A stretch of DNA of 64,000 nucleotides from an uncultured bacterium (GCA_963801165.1 CAWDDT010000011.1:1-64000); one strand, 5' to 3'. Positions 41,341 to 51,507 are shown, counted from the first letter of the stretch. The notes: generated by a model not told the origin, from the letters alone. Program-made: numbers and translations.

Positions 41341-42996
41341 CTATGCCGAGATCCTGACACCGATCACACGGAAACGTCCGGCGATGAAGGCCGGATCCGT
41401 GAGCGACGCGTTGCCAGCGGGGTTGGCACCGGTGACGTGGAAGTCGCTGAACGCTGCAGACAGGTTGACGTAGAGCCCGCCCGTGAGGTTGAACGCAACC
41501 GACACTCCGGCCTCCGTGGCGGCATCGACCGCACGCTCGATCACCTCTTCGTCGGTGCTATAGACGAGCCAGGTGATAGCCCCGTTGCTGAGGGCCGAGT
41601 CCGTGGCCAGCGCCAGGCTCTCCGCGGTGTCCGCGGTGGCGATGACGTAGATCACCGGACCAAACATTTCCCGCATGTAAACGTCCCGATCGGCCGCTTC
41701 AACGGCCACGATCACCGGTGTGCGAACATCCGCGTCCGGGAATGTTGGGTGCCCGATCTTGCGCGACTCGAGCACCACTGTGCCGGCGGAGGCAGCGGCG
41801 CTGATCCTTTCCACCGTTGCCGGGCTCTTGATCGATCCGAGGATGTCGCCGGCGCGTTGATCGTCCGCCAGCAAACCCTCGATGGCGCCGGCGAGACCGG
41901 CGGCAATCGTGTCAAACGGCACGCGCTCCCCACCGACCTCGATCCCGTCGCGGGGTATGTACACGTTCTGCGGCGTCGTGCACATCTGACCCGAGTACAT
42001 GCTCAGTGACACAGACAGATTGCGGTACACGCCCTTCAGATCATCGGCTGAATCGATGATGACGGAGTTGACCCCTGCCTTCTCGGTAAACACCAGAGCA
42101 TGTGTGGCGTTGCGCTCGAGCCATTCGCCAAAGACGGAACCGCCGGTGTAGTCGACGATGGCCACCGCCGGGTCCATGACCAGATCCTTCGTGATCGGGG
42201 CGGAGAGAGTGTCAACGGCGAGCAGCACGGTGTTCGGGTCGAACCCGGCCTCGGCCAGCACGCCGCGCGCCGTCTCGACGAAGATCGCCAGGGGCAAGAT
42301 CGTTGCCGGGTGTGGCTTGACGATCACAGGGTTGCCGGTCGCAAGGCTGGCGAAGATCCCGGGGTAGCCGTTCCAGGTGGGGAAGGTCGAGACTCCGACA
42401 GTCACCGCCACGCCGCGAGGTCGGATCCGCCATTGCTTGTCGATCAGGAGAGGATCCCGCTTCCCCTGCGGCTTCTCCCAACGAATCTGCTTGCTAGGGA
42501 GCTTGTGCATCTCCGCGTAGGCGTACGCCACGGCCTCCAGGCCACGGTCGAGCGCGTGGGGACCACCCGCCTGGAAAGCCATGAGGAACGCCTGCCCGGT
42601 GGTGTGCATGACGGCATATGCCATCTCGAACACGTTCTCTTTGAGCCTGTCGAGGATCTCGAGACATACGCCTACTCGATCCTCAACGGTTGCCTTGCCC
42701 CAGGTCTTCATCGCCGTGGCGGCGGCCGCCGTCAAAGTGCCAACGTCGGCTACCGGGTAGGACACGCCAAGGTCGATCCCGTACGGGGACGATTCGCCTC
42801 CCGCTGAGTAGCCACCTACAGGTTGGTCAATCTCAAAGGTCCTACCGAGACGTTCCTGGAAAGCCTGCTCCCCAGCGTGTTGCGCCTCTTCTCCGTATGC
42901 GGTGGGACTCTCGGGAAACGGGCTCCAGTACTCGCGGCTGGCGATCACCGCCAGCGCCTGCTTCAACGTTCCTTCGTGTTTGGCGAACATCTCCAT
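41341..42996 (-). CDS. paaN: Phenylacetate degradation aldehyde dehydrogenase PaaN
   Basis: MAFQAGGPHA, WEKPQGK, TFPTWN, EKAGVN, YSGQMCTTPQN, FSDFH. Confidence 0.9.
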   Translation of the reverse strand: MEMFAKHEGTLKQALAVIASREYWSPFPESPTAYGEEAQHAGEQAFQERLGRTFEIDQPVGGYSAGGESSPYGIDLGVSYPVADVGTLTAAAATAMKTWGKATVEDRVGVCLEILDRLKENVFEMAYAVMHTTGQAFLMAFQAGGPHALDRGLEAVAYAYAEMHKLPSKQIRWEKPQGKRDPLLIDKQWRIRPRGVAVTVGVSTFPTWNGYPGIFASLATGNPVIVKPHPATILPLAIFVETARGVLAEAGFDPNTVLLAVDTLSAPITKDLVMDPAVAIVDYTGGSVFGEWLERNATHALVFTEKAGVNSVIIDSADDLKGVYRNLSVSLSMYSGQMCTTPQNVYIPRDGIEVGGERVPFDTIAAGLAGAIEGLLADDQRAGDILGSIKSPATVERISAAASAGTVVLESRKIGHPTFPDADVRTPVIVAVEAADRDVYMREMFGPVIYVIATADTAESLALATDSALSNGAITWLVYSTDEEVIERAVDAATEAGVSVAFNLTGGLYVNLSAAFSDFHVTGANPAGNASLTDPAFIAGRFRVIGVRISA

Positions 42997-43006
42997 CTCA
43001 ATCCCC

Positions 43007-44209
43007 TCAGACCCGTTCCAGGAGCATGCTGATTCCCTGGCCTACCCCGATGCACATCGTGGTCAGAGCGTATCGCTCCCCGGTTCGTACCAGCCGGCGT
43101 GTCGCCGTGGCGACCAGCCGGGCTCCTGTCATGCCGAGGGGGTGGCCGATGGCGATTGCTCCCCCGTTGGCGTTGACATGTTCGGCGTCGTCCGGCAAGC
43201 CCAGCCGGCGAAGACATGCCAGCGACTGCGAGGCGAATGCCTCGTTCAACTCGATCACCCCGATGTCACCGAGATCGACTCCGAGCCTGCCCAGAAGCTT
43301 CTCGGTGGCGGGCACCGGACCGATTCCCATGATGCGGGGCGGGACCCCTGCTGTGGCCATCCCGACTATCCGGGCTTGTGGTGTCAGACCGTAGCGGTGC
43401 GCCGCCCGCTCCGAGGCGACCAGCACGGTGGCCGCACCGTCGTTGATCCCGGAGGCATTGCCTGGGGTGACGGTGCCGTCCGGAAACAGCGGCCGAAGCT
43501 TGGCCAGTTTCTCAACGGTCGCGTCCGGGCGCGCCTGCTCGTCGACGGACACATCGACCGGCTCGCCGCGCCGCTGGGCAACCGGCACGGGCACGATCTC
43601 GTCGGCAAGCTGGCCCGACGCGACGGCAGCGGCGGTACGCTGCTGGCTGCGCGCCGCAAACGCATCCTGGTCCTCACGCGAGATGCCGAACTCGCGGGCA
43701 ACGTTCTCGGCGGTTCCCGTCATCTCGTCCTTGCCGAACCGCTCCTCGAGTCGGGGATTGGTGAACCGCCAACCGATCGTCGTGTCGTACATCTCGGCCG
43801 TCCTGCTGAAGGGTGTTTCGGCTTTTGCGATGACCTTCGGAGCCCGACTCATCGACTCGACACCGCCTGCGAGGATCAGATCGGCTTCCCCGCTCTTGAT
43901 CGCCCGGGCGGCATACCCCACGGCCTCCATCCCCGACCCGCACAGGCGGTTGATGGTCGTCCCGGATATCGCCACGTCCAGCCCGGCCAGTAACACGGCC
44001 ATACGCCCGACGTTGCGATTGTCCTCCCCGGCCTGGTTGGCCGCACCAAGCACGACGTCGTCGGTTGCGGCCCAATCCACACCACCATTTCTCTCGATCA
44101 CCGTTCTCATGGTCAGCGCGACGAGGTCGTCGGGGCGCACCGTCGCCAGCGCCCCACCGAAGCGCCCCACCGGTGTTCGTATGGAATCGCAGACGAAGGC
44201 TTCAGCCAT
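43007..44209 (-). CDS. pcaF: 3-oxoadipyl-CoA thiolase (PcaF/PaaJ)
   Basis: NQAGEDNRNV, NRLCGSG, NEAFA, GHPLG, MCIGVGQG. Confidence 0.92.
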   Translation of the reverse strand: MAEAFVCDSIRTPVGRFGGALATVRPDDLVALTMRTVIERNGGVDWAATDDVVLGAANQAGEDNRNVGRMAVLLAGLDVAISGTTINRLCGSGMEAVGYAARAIKSGEADLILAGGVESMSRAPKVIAKAETPFSRTAEMYDTTIGWRFTNPRLEERFGKDEMTGTAENVAREFGISREDQDAFAARSQQRTAAAVASGQLADEIVPVPVAQRRGEPVDVSVDEQARPDATVEKLAKLRPLFPDGTVTPGNASGINDGAATVLVASERAAHRYGLTPQARIVGMATAGVPPRIMGIGPVPATEKLLGRLGVDLGDIGVIELNEAFASQSLACLRRLGLPDDAEHVNANGGAIAIGHPLGMTGARLVATATRRLVRTGERYALTTMCIGVGQGISMLLERV

Positions 44210-45752
44210 TACCGCTCTGGTCCCGCAGCGGGAGCCCGGTCACCGCCCGGCGGTCGAGCCAGGGCGGCACGCGGTAGCGGTCTTCACCAAAACCCGCGTG
44301 CAGGTTCTGCAAAGCCGTCACCACACGCACCACCCCGATGCGGTCCGCCCATTCGAGCGGACCTGACGGATAGCTGGTGCCCAGCCTCATCGCGGTGTCG
44401 ACATCCTCAGCGGTGGCAATGCCCGCGGCAACCGTGTCCGACGCCATGGCGGCAAGCTGGGCGACTGTGCGCATGACCACCAGCCCGTGGCTGTCATCGA
44501 GCAGGCTGACCGCACATCCGATCGCCTGAAACAGCCCCGCGGCCCGCTCCGCCTTCCCGGGGGCAGCCTGATCGGCGACGGCGATCCCGATGTGACTCAC
44601 ATGGTCCCAATCGTGAACCAGGTCAAAGACAACGACGTCGTCCGTTCCGAACACGCCGGCGGCGGCGAGCTCGGTGGCGGTGCGCCCGTCGGTGGGCACC
44701 AGCCGTACACCGTCGAAGATGAGGTGCCCCGGTCCGCCGGCGGCAACACCGTCGACCTCGATGCCAGCATCGAGGAGCCGGTTGACGAGCCCGGCCGCCC
44801 AGCCGAGATCGCCGTGAGCCTCGACATTGACCGGGGCCGGTTGCGGATTCACCGTCACCGCAACAGCTTTGGGGGCATCCTCGCCGTATACGTAGAAACC
44901 CGACCCCGACTTGCGTCCCAGCCTGCCTGCGTCGACCAGGCTCTGCTGGAGCACGTGCGGGGCGAATCTCGCGTCATTGAATGACTGGGCGAACACGGAC
45001 TTGGAGACGGCCAGGTTGACGTCGAGGCCGATGAGGTCCATCAGCGTGAACGGGCCCATCCGGAAGCCGCCCGATCCGGTCATCACCGCATCGATCGTGG
45101 CATAGTCCGCGGCGCCCTCGGCAGCGAGTCGCAAGGCCTCACCGTAGAACGGCCGGGCCACCCGGTTGACGATGGACCCCGGAGCGGACACACAATGGAC
45201 GGGAACCTTCCCCCACCCGGCGACGGTGTCGGAGGCAAACCGGGCGGCTTCCTCTGCCGTCTCGGTCCCCGAGATGATCTCGACAAGCGGCATGACCGGG
45301 GCCGGGTTGAAGAAATGCATCCCGACGAACCGTTGCGGCCTCACCAGCGCGGCCCCGATCGCCGTTACCGAAAGAGACGACGTGTTGGTGCATATGACCG
45401 CATCGTCGGCAGCCAGCTTCTCCATCTCGGCGAGAACCGTGCGTTTGACCGCGAGATCCTCGGCAACAGCCTCGATGACGAGCGCGGCAGGGGCGCACTG
45501 GGCAAGCCATCCACATCCGTTGATATTGGCCATGATCTGGTCGACCTCGGTGGCAGTACGGCGACCCCGTTCGACCGAGCCATCCAGCCGTGCTCGCAGA
45601 TCGCCGAGTGCCCGGTCGACGGCTCCGTCGGCAGAGTCAAACAGGTACACCTCGTGGCCGGCTGCTGCGGCGAGTTGTGCAATACCCGTTCCCATGGTCC
45701 CCGCCCCGACCACAGCTACGGACGCTTCTGCTGGGATTCCGTTCGTCATCAT
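44202..45752 (-). CDS. paaH: 3-hydroxyacyl-CoA dehydrogenase PaaH
   Basis: GAGTMG, NTSSLS, GMHFFNPAP, MGPF, duplicated C-domain. Confidence 0.9.
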   Translation of the reverse strand: MMTNGIPAEASVAVVGAGTMGTGIAQLAAAAGHEVYLFDSADGAVDRALGDLRARLDGSVERGRRTATEVDQIMANINGCGWLAQCAPAALVIEAVAEDLAVKRTVLAEMEKLAADDAVICTNTSSLSVTAIGAALVRPQRFVGMHFFNPAPVMPLVEIISGTETAEEAARFASDTVAGWGKVPVHCVSAPGSIVNRVARPFYGEALRLAAEGAADYATIDAVMTGSGGFRMGPFTLMDLIGLDVNLAVSKSVFAQSFNDARFAPHVLQQSLVDAGRLGRKSGSGFYVYGEDAPKAVAVTVNPQPAPVNVEAHGDLGWAAGLVNRLLDAGIEVDGVAAGGPGHLIFDGVRLVPTDGRTATELAAAGVFGTDDVVVFDLVHDWDHVSHIGIAVADQAAPGKAERAAGLFQAIGCAVSLLDDSHGLVVMRTVAQLAAMASDTVAAGIATAEDVDTAMRLGTSYPSGPLEWADRIGVVRVVTALQNLHAGFGEDRYRVPPWLDRRAVTGLPLRDQSGNG

Positions 45753-46537
45753 CGTCCTTTGTACTCTGGGGATCGCTTGGCAAGGAAAGCCGCGACCCCC
45801 TCCGCGTAATCGTCTGAAAGACCGCCGGCTCGCTGCAGATCGCGTTCGAGATCGAGCTGCGCGTCGAGATCGTTGTCACCCGAGGCGTTCATCGCTTGCT
45901 TGATCCTGGCAAAACCCGACGTCGGACCTGCGGCAAGACCGCGGGCGACCGAGGTGGTGACAGTGACCAACTCGTCGTCGTCGACGGCCTCCCAGATCAG
46001 ACCCCACCGGGCCGCGTCCTCGGCCGGAAGGGGCTCACCGAGCAGTGCCAGCCCAAACGCCCGTGCGGTCCCTACCAGCCGCGGCAGGAAGTAGGTTCCT
46101 CCGGAGTCGGGGATGAGCCCGATCCTGGCGAACGACTGGATGAACCGTGCCGAACGAGCCGCATAAACAAGATCCCCTGCTAGCGCCAGGTTGGCTCCCG
46201 CCCCGGCTGCCACTCCATTGACCGCCACCACGACCGGCTTGGGCATCGCCCGCATCGCCCGCACCACCGGGTTGTAGCGGTTTTCGAGCGACTCACCGAG
46301 ATCGGGCCGATCGGCGCCGGGGGCAACCGAGCGGTCGTTGAGATCCTGCCCGGCGCAGAATCCACGGCCTGCGCCGGTGAGCAAGACAGCGCGCACCTGA
46401 TCGTCGCTTGCCGCGGCGGCCAGTATCTCGTTCAGACTCTCCAGCATCGGCGTGGTGAGGGCGTTGAGCCGATCAGGCCGGTTCAGCGTGATGCTGAGCA
46501 ATCCGCCGTCACAGTCGGTCAGGATGGAATCAGCCAT
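45749..46537 (-). CDS. paaG: 1,2-epoxyphenylacetyl-CoA isomerase PaaG
   Basis: FCAGQDL, YNP, AAGAGANLAL, GLIPDSGG. Confidence 0.9.
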   Translation of the reverse strand: MADSILTDCDGGLLSITLNRPDRLNALTTPMLESLNEILAAAASDDQVRAVLLTGAGRGFCAGQDLNDRSVAPGADRPDLGESLENRYNPVVRAMRAMPKPVVVAVNGVAAGAGANLALAGDLVYAARSARFIQSFARIGLIPDSGGTYFLPRLVGTARAFGLALLGEPLPAEDAARWGLIWEAVDDDELVTVTTSVARGLAAGPTSGFARIKQAMNASGDNDLDAQLDLERDLQRAGGLSDDYAEGVAAFLAKRSPEYKGR

Positions 46538-47159
46538 TCACCCGCTCCGCGAGGATCCCGTGCGACACGAACGCCCACATCTCGGAAGCGATGGCACCTG
46601 CGGTGCGCTCCCCCGTAGGACGGTACCAACGGATCAGCGCATTCAGCACCGAGAGGATGAAGATGGCGGTCATCCCTGGATTGAGATCCGATGCCAGCGA
46701 TCCTTCGTCGATTCCTGCCCGTATCGTCTCCCGATAGGCCTGCTCATATTCGTCACGCATGGCGACGATCTGCCGCCGATCTGTCTCTGGCAGGAACCTC
46801 GACTCGAACAGGAAGGTCCTCGCCTCGTCGATGTTCCCAACTACAACATTCACGTGGCCGTGGACCATCTGCCGCAGCCGCTCGACCGCAGAATCGCGGC
46901 TGGCAGCGGCCTCGGCGGTGACGGAGTCGAACAGCGCCGCCCCTCGCCCGACGATCTCGATAAGGAGCTCATTCTTGCCGCTGACGTGGGAGTAGATGGA
47001 GGATCCGAGCATGCCAAGCTCCTCTCCGAGGTCGCGCATCGAGGTGCCGTGATAGCCGCGCCGGGCGAAAAGACGGCTGGCGGCGCGCACCACGTCCTCA
47101 CGGCTGCGGTTGCCACCTTCGCCGGCAGCCGGGGGCGCGGCGGTACCGATCGATTCCAA
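46530..47159 (-). CDS. TetR-family regulator (PaaR/KstR2-like)
   Basis: FARRGYHGTSMRDL..SSIYSH..K; WYRP.G C-terminus. Confidence 0.9.
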   Translation of the reverse strand: MESIGTAAPPAAGEGGNRSREDVVRAASRLFARRGYHGTSMRDLGEELGMLGSSIYSHVSGKNELLIEIVGRGAALFDSVTAEAAASRDSAVERLRQMVHGHVNVVVGNIDEARTFLFESRFLPETDRRQIVAMRDEYEQAYRETIRAGIDEGSLASDLNPGMTAIFILSVLNALIRWYRPTGERTAGAIASEMWAFVSHGILAERVNG

Positions 47160-47181
47160 GATCCTCCTCCGAACGAACCAG

Positions 47182-47203
47182 CGAACGAACGATCGTTTGT
47201 TCG
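47182..47203. promoter_or_regulatory. Putative TetR (PaaR-type) operator
   Basis: Near-perfect 22-bp palindrome CGAACGAACGA-TCGTTTGTTCG just upstream of the tetR SD. Confidence 0.7.
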
Positions 47204-47245
47204 GTGCGCCCGAGCGTATCCAGGGGACAGTTCGGTGTCAACGGA

Positions 47246-47971
47246 TTATGCATCCGGCGACTGCTCCTCGCCCGGGTGAGCAACCACGTGCGGGAACTCG
47301 GAGGTCACGATGTAGGTGGTGTGGTCGCCCACGTTGACACCGTGGTCGGCGATTCGCTCGAGAAACCGTCCCATCCGGGTGAGCGCGATGCCGGCCTCCA
47401 GCCCGATGACCTCGCTCTCCAGGCCTATTTGTCGATAGAACTCGGCGACGATGCTATCGACCATGTCGTCCTCGTGATCGAGCTGCTCCCCGCCAACTGC
47501 GTCCATCGCACCAAAAACCTCCATGGACCGGGCGAACAGGGAGGTGCTCTCGTATACCAACCTCTCCAGCAGACCCCTCAGTTGCGGGGAATCCGGGAAA
47601 GCGTGGATTCTGTCGAGGGCGTATGCCAGGTTGACAACGAGATCACCCGACCGCTCCAGTTCGTAGAGAATCCGCGTAGCTGAGACCAGGAACCTCAGGT
47701 CGCCGGCGACGGGCTGTTGCCGGGCCATCGTCTCGAATGTCAGCCTCTCCAGTGACGCGCAACGCCCGTCGATCTCGTCGTCGGCGCCGATGACAACCGG
47801 TACCAGGTCGAGACGATTCTCGGTGATGGCCAATCCGGCACGCCGGGCGTTCTCAACAATCAACGCCCCGGTCTCGACGATACCGGACCGGATCTCGGCG
47901 AGCACGTCGACGAAATGATGCCTGGTCTCTTCGTGGTGTCCAGTGGCTGCGCTGTGCGCCTGTGACTCCAT
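47246..47971 (-). CDS. phoU: Phosphate signalling protein PhoU
   Basis: RQQPVAGDLR, LERSGD, LERIADH. Confidence 0.93.
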   Translation of the reverse strand: MESQAHSAATGHHEETRHHFVDVLAEIRSGIVETGALIVENARRAGLAITENRLDLVPVVIGADDEIDGRCASLERLTFETMARQQPVAGDLRFLVSATRILYELERSGDLVVNLAYALDRIHAFPDSPQLRGLLERLVYESTSLFARSMEVFGAMDAVGGEQLDHEDDMVDSIVAEFYRQIGLESEVIGLEAGIALTRMGRFLERIADHGVNVGDHTTYIVTSEFPHVVAHPGEEQSPDA

Positions 47972-48246
47972 GTGGCTCCCGATTCTCTGTGATCCAGCTT
48001 ACGACGTGGCACCAGCTCCTGTTGGCAATACCGCGGCCCTGGTGCGCTCCAACCCGTCGTTGCAACCAACTCACCATCCGGGCGGAGGAGCGCCGGCCGG
48101 GTCAAGGGAGGAGCCCCGACCCGGCCGGCTTGCGGTAAGACGGGGACGGCGAAAATCGACGTCCCGACAAAGCGCCAGGAACGGGCAGCTTCCGCAGCAA
48201 CAGCGTGCGGCCGAAGATATCCGGTGCACATTGCGCCAAAGCGACT

Positions 48247-48268
48247 CCTGGGTGAACTTGCTGTGAAT
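48247..48268 (-). promoter_or_regulatory. PHO box (two 11-bp direct repeats)
   Basis: Minus strand ATTCACAGCAA-GTTCACCCAGG matches the actinobacterial GTTCACC repeat, between phoU and senX3. Confidence 0.75.
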
Positions 48269-48329
48269 TGTCCGGCGTTGGCGGGTGCGGTGCGGCCTCC
48301 ACCTCCGCACCGCTCCTATAGTCGCGGAC

Positions 48330-49523
48330 ATGCAATTGGATCAGCTGTTCCTGGGGCTCATTGCTGCCGGTCTAGCCGTGGTCATCTGGCGCACCCGCCG
48401 ACGCCACCAGGCGTTCCGAGCCGAGCTCGGAAAGGCGCTCGATGCCGCCGACGATGCTGAGACGGCTCTGATCGGCAGCGCCAACGCCCTCGGTGCCGAT
48501 ATGCGCGGCGCACGAGAGAGCTCGACGCGTCTCGAGCGGGTCCTCGAAGCGTCGACGGTGGGCGTCGTGATCGTCGACGAGGACGGCAGGCAGGTGTTCA
48601 CAAACCCGGCGGCGGCGGGCTTCACTGCCGGGAGGGGTGGCGATGCCGTGGTAGGGATCCGGATCAAGGAGATGCTGGAGGCTGTCGCCGATAGCGGAGA
48701 GCCACAGGACCAGGAGATCGAGGTGTTCACACCGTCGGAGCGGACGATCATGCTGAAAGCGATGCCGCTCTTCGATGGTGATAGACGACGTGGCGTTGCC
48801 GTGTTCACCGACGATCTCACCCCGAGGTCCCGTATTGACGAGATCCGGCGCGACTTCGTGGCCAACGCCAGCCACGAGCTGAAGACACCACTCGGGGCGT
48901 TGCGGTTGCTTGCCGAGGCCCTGGCGACGACCCGCGATCCGGCGGTGCAAAGCTCGTTGAACGAACGGATCCAATCCGAGGCATCCCGGATGACCCGTCT
49001 TGTTGAGGACATTCTCGACCTCTCGCTCATCGAGGCGCATCAGACCGTGCGAGGGGTCGTCGATATCAGCGACGTAGTCGCCGCAGCCGTCGAGCAGGTG
49101 AGCCTCGCCTCCGAGGCTCTCGCCGTGCCTATCGAGGTGAAATGCGAGTCGGTAGAGGTTCTCGGCGATCGTCGCCGGCTCGTCTCGGCCGTAGCCAACC
49201 TCGTCGAGAACGCAGTCGCCTACACGAGCGCCAAGGGAATCGATGGCATCGAGCCGGTGGAGGTACGCGGGTTCCGCAGCGGTGACCACGCCCACATCGA
49301 GGTCGAGGATCGTGGCATCGGGATACCGCAGCGCCACCTGGGCAGGATCTTCGAGCGCTTCTACCGTGTCGACAAGGGCAGGAGTCGCGTCCGGGGCGGG
49401 ACCGGGCTCGGGCTCGCCATCGTCCGCCACGTCGTCCAGAATCACTGGGGCGAAGTCACCGTCGAGTCGGTTCCGGGGCAAGGCAGCATATTCCGCATCG
49501 TGCTCCCGGCTCGGGAGAGTTAG
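48330..49523 (+). CDS. senX3: Sensor kinase SenX3/PhoR-like
   Basis: RRDFVANASHELKTP, NLVENA, FERFYRVD, GGTGLGLAIV; leaderless TATAGT-7nt-ATG. Confidence 0.85.
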   Translation: MQLDQLFLGLIAAGLAVVIWRTRRRHQAFRAELGKALDAADDAETALIGSANALGADMRGARESSTRLERVLEASTVGVVIVDEDGRQVFTNPAAAGFTAGRGGDAVVGIRIKEMLEAVADSGEPQDQEIEVFTPSERTIMLKAMPLFDGDRRRGVAVFTDDLTPRSRIDEIRRDFVANASHELKTPLGALRLLAEALATTRDPAVQSSLNERIQSEASRMTRLVEDILDLSLIEAHQTVRGVVDISDVVAAAVEQVSLASEALAVPIEVKCESVEVLGDRRRLVSAVANLVENAVAYTSAKGIDGIEPVEVRGFRSGDHAHIEVEDRGIGIPQRHLGRIFERFYRVDKGRSRVRGGTGLGLAIVRHVVQNHWGEVTVESVPGQGSIFRIVLPARES

Positions 49524-49686
49524 TGCCCTGGCCGGTATCGTTGGCGATGTTCAGAGCGAGGCAGGAGCGTTGATGGCAAGGACGCAGGACGAAGGCACAT
49601 TGGGGAAATGTGTCGAGGACGAGGACGCAGCAAGCGGCGCTCCTGGCCGCTGTGAACGCGGCGAACGTCGCCGGTCGGGGTACTAG

Positions 49687-50352
49687 GTGCTCAACGTTTT
49701 GATTGTCGAAGACGAGGTCAGCTATCTCGAGGCGCTCAAGATCACGCTGGAGCCCGAGGGTTTCTCGATTGCCACAGCAACAGACGGACGGACCGGCATC
49801 GGGTCGTTCGAGACCAACCATCCCGACATCGTGCTCCTCGATCTAATGCTTCCGGATCTCAGCGGCCTCGACGTGCTGCGCCGGATACGCCAGAAATCGG
49901 ACGTTCCTGTGATCGTGGTTTCTGCCAAAAGCGCAGAGGCCGACATCGTCACCGCACTCGAGCTCGGTGCCGACGACTACTTGACCAAGCCGTACTCCAC
50001 CCGCGAGCTGATAGCGCGGATCCGTGCCAACACCCGCCGTATCCCGGACCCAGAGCGCGATGTGCTCACCGCGGGAAACGCGGTGCTCGACCCGGGTCGG
50101 TACGAGATCCGAGTCGGCGATACGACTTTCGCCCTTGCCCGCAAGGAGTTCGAGCTCGCCGAGCTGCTGATGGAGCGGCAGGGCCGGATCGTCACCAGGG
50201 AGACCCTGCTCGAGCAGATCTGGGGTATCGACTGGGGCGACTCGAAGAGCCTCGATCAACACATCAGACGGCTGCGCCGCAAGCTGGAGCAGGTCGACGC
50301 CGCTCCCCGGATCACAACCGTGCGCGGGGTCGGCTACCGTCTCGAGCCATGA
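49687..50352 (+). CDS. regX3: Response regulator RegX3/PhoP-like
   Basis: VEDE.SY, LDLMLP, LELGADDY.TKPYS.RELIAR, TVRGVGY. Confidence 0.85.
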   Translation: MLNVLIVEDEVSYLEALKITLEPEGFSIATATDGRTGIGSFETNHPDIVLLDLMLPDLSGLDVLRRIRQKSDVPVIVVSAKSAEADIVTALELGADDYLTKPYSTRELIARIRANTRRIPDPERDVLTAGNAVLDPGRYEIRVGDTTFALARKEFELAELLMERQGRIVTRETLLEQIWGIDWGDSKSLDQHIRRLRRKLEQVDAAPRITTVRGVGYRLEP

Positions 50353-50936
50353 CCCGTGACGAGCTCGCAGATCTAGCGGTCGACCCGGGACCGCACCTGG
50401 CCAGTACGGACCCACTCATTCGCAGAATTGCGGTCGGAGCGACCCGGAATCACCCCGACCTCCACCCGCGGCTGGTCGAGCTTCTGTCCACCGATTCCGA
50501 GGCTGCGGTACGCAGGGGGTGCGCCGAGATACTCGGCCGAAGCGACCTGAAACCGGTTGCCGCCCTCGAGGAGGCCTGCTCCGACCCTTCCCCCGAGGTC
50601 CGCGAGGCGGCGGTGAATGCTCTAGGAGAGATCGCGTCCACGGGATCGGTCGAGCTGCTGCTCGCCAGGGCGGCCGACGTGGCGGAGGACAAGCTGGTGC
50701 GCGAGTCTGCGGTAGCGGCACTCGGCGCCATCGGTGACCAGCGGGCTCTTTCGACCCTTCTCGATCTCATAGTGACAGGCCCGCCCCAGGTCCGGCGTCG
50801 TTGTGTGCCTGCCCTCACCGTCTTCGACGGCGAGGAGGTGGAAACGGCGCTGCGGCAAGCCGCCCGCGACCGCAACCCGATGGTGAGAGAAGCCGCCGAA
50901 ATGGTCGTAGGACGCCGCGCTGGTCCGGCCTCGTAG
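50349..50936 (+). CDS. HEAT-repeat protein
   Basis: Repeated VRExAxxALG; ATGA overlap with regX3. Confidence 0.85.
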   Translation: MTRDELADLAVDPGPHLASTDPLIRRIAVGATRNHPDLHPRLVELLSTDSEAAVRRGCAEILGRSDLKPVAALEEACSDPSPEVREAAVNALGEIASTGSVELLLARAADVAEDKLVRESAVAALGAIGDQRALSTLLDLIVTGPPQVRRRCVPALTVFDGEEVETALRQAARDRNPMVREAAEMVVGRRAGPAS

Positions 50937-50980
50937 TATCGAGCCAGGGAACAGCAACACCACGGCGACCGCCGCCCGTC

Positions 50981-51035
50981 CTTCCCCCCTCGGACGGCCC
51001 GGAGGGCCGTCCGATCCCCCCGAGATGGGGGGATT
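50981..51035. repeat. Double-hairpin REP-like element between convergent genes
   Basis: tcggacggccc-gga-gggccgtccga, then atcccccc-gagat-ggggggat. Confidence 0.6.
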
Positions 51036-51045
51036 GCTGGATTTC

Positions 51046-51495
51046 TCAGCTCCCTTCCCGCACCCACTCGGCACCGCCCGGCCAGTGCTCCTTCTTCCAG
51101 ATCGGCACCCTGGCCTTGAGCTCGTCTATCACGTACCGGGCGGCGGCGAACGCCTCGGAGCGGTGTCCGGAGCCGACGGCTACCGCGACGCTGGCCTCTC
51201 CGACGTCGAGGGACCCGACCCTGTGCACCACGGCGATCCGGACCACGTCCCAGCGCTCACGTGCCTCGGCGACGATCTCGGCGATCTTCCGGTCGGCAAC
51301 GTCGTCGTATGCCTCGTACTCCAGGTGAGTGACGCCCTCTTTGCCCTCGGAGTGGGCCCGGACAGTCCCGAGGAACAACGCGACGGCGCCGCACTGCGGA
51401 TCGCCGACCAGTTCGATGAGTTGCGACGCGTCGATTTGCTCGCGGCCAACGACGATTACATCACCGTCCCGTCGGGCTTGCTCTGCTGAGGTCAT
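51046..51495 (-). CDS. moaE: Molybdopterin synthase catalytic subunit
   Basis: GAVALFLGTVR, LEYEAY, HRVG.L, HR.EAF, VPIWKKE. Confidence 0.93.
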   Translation of the reverse strand: MTSAEQARRDGDVIVVGREQIDASQLIELVGDPQCGAVALFLGTVRAHSEGKEGVTHLEYEAYDDVADRKIAEIVAEARERWDVVRIAVVHRVGSLDVGEASVAVAVGSGHRSEAFAAARYVIDELKARVPIWKKEHWPGGAEWVREGS

Positions 51496-51507
51496 ACAAT
51501 CATCTCC

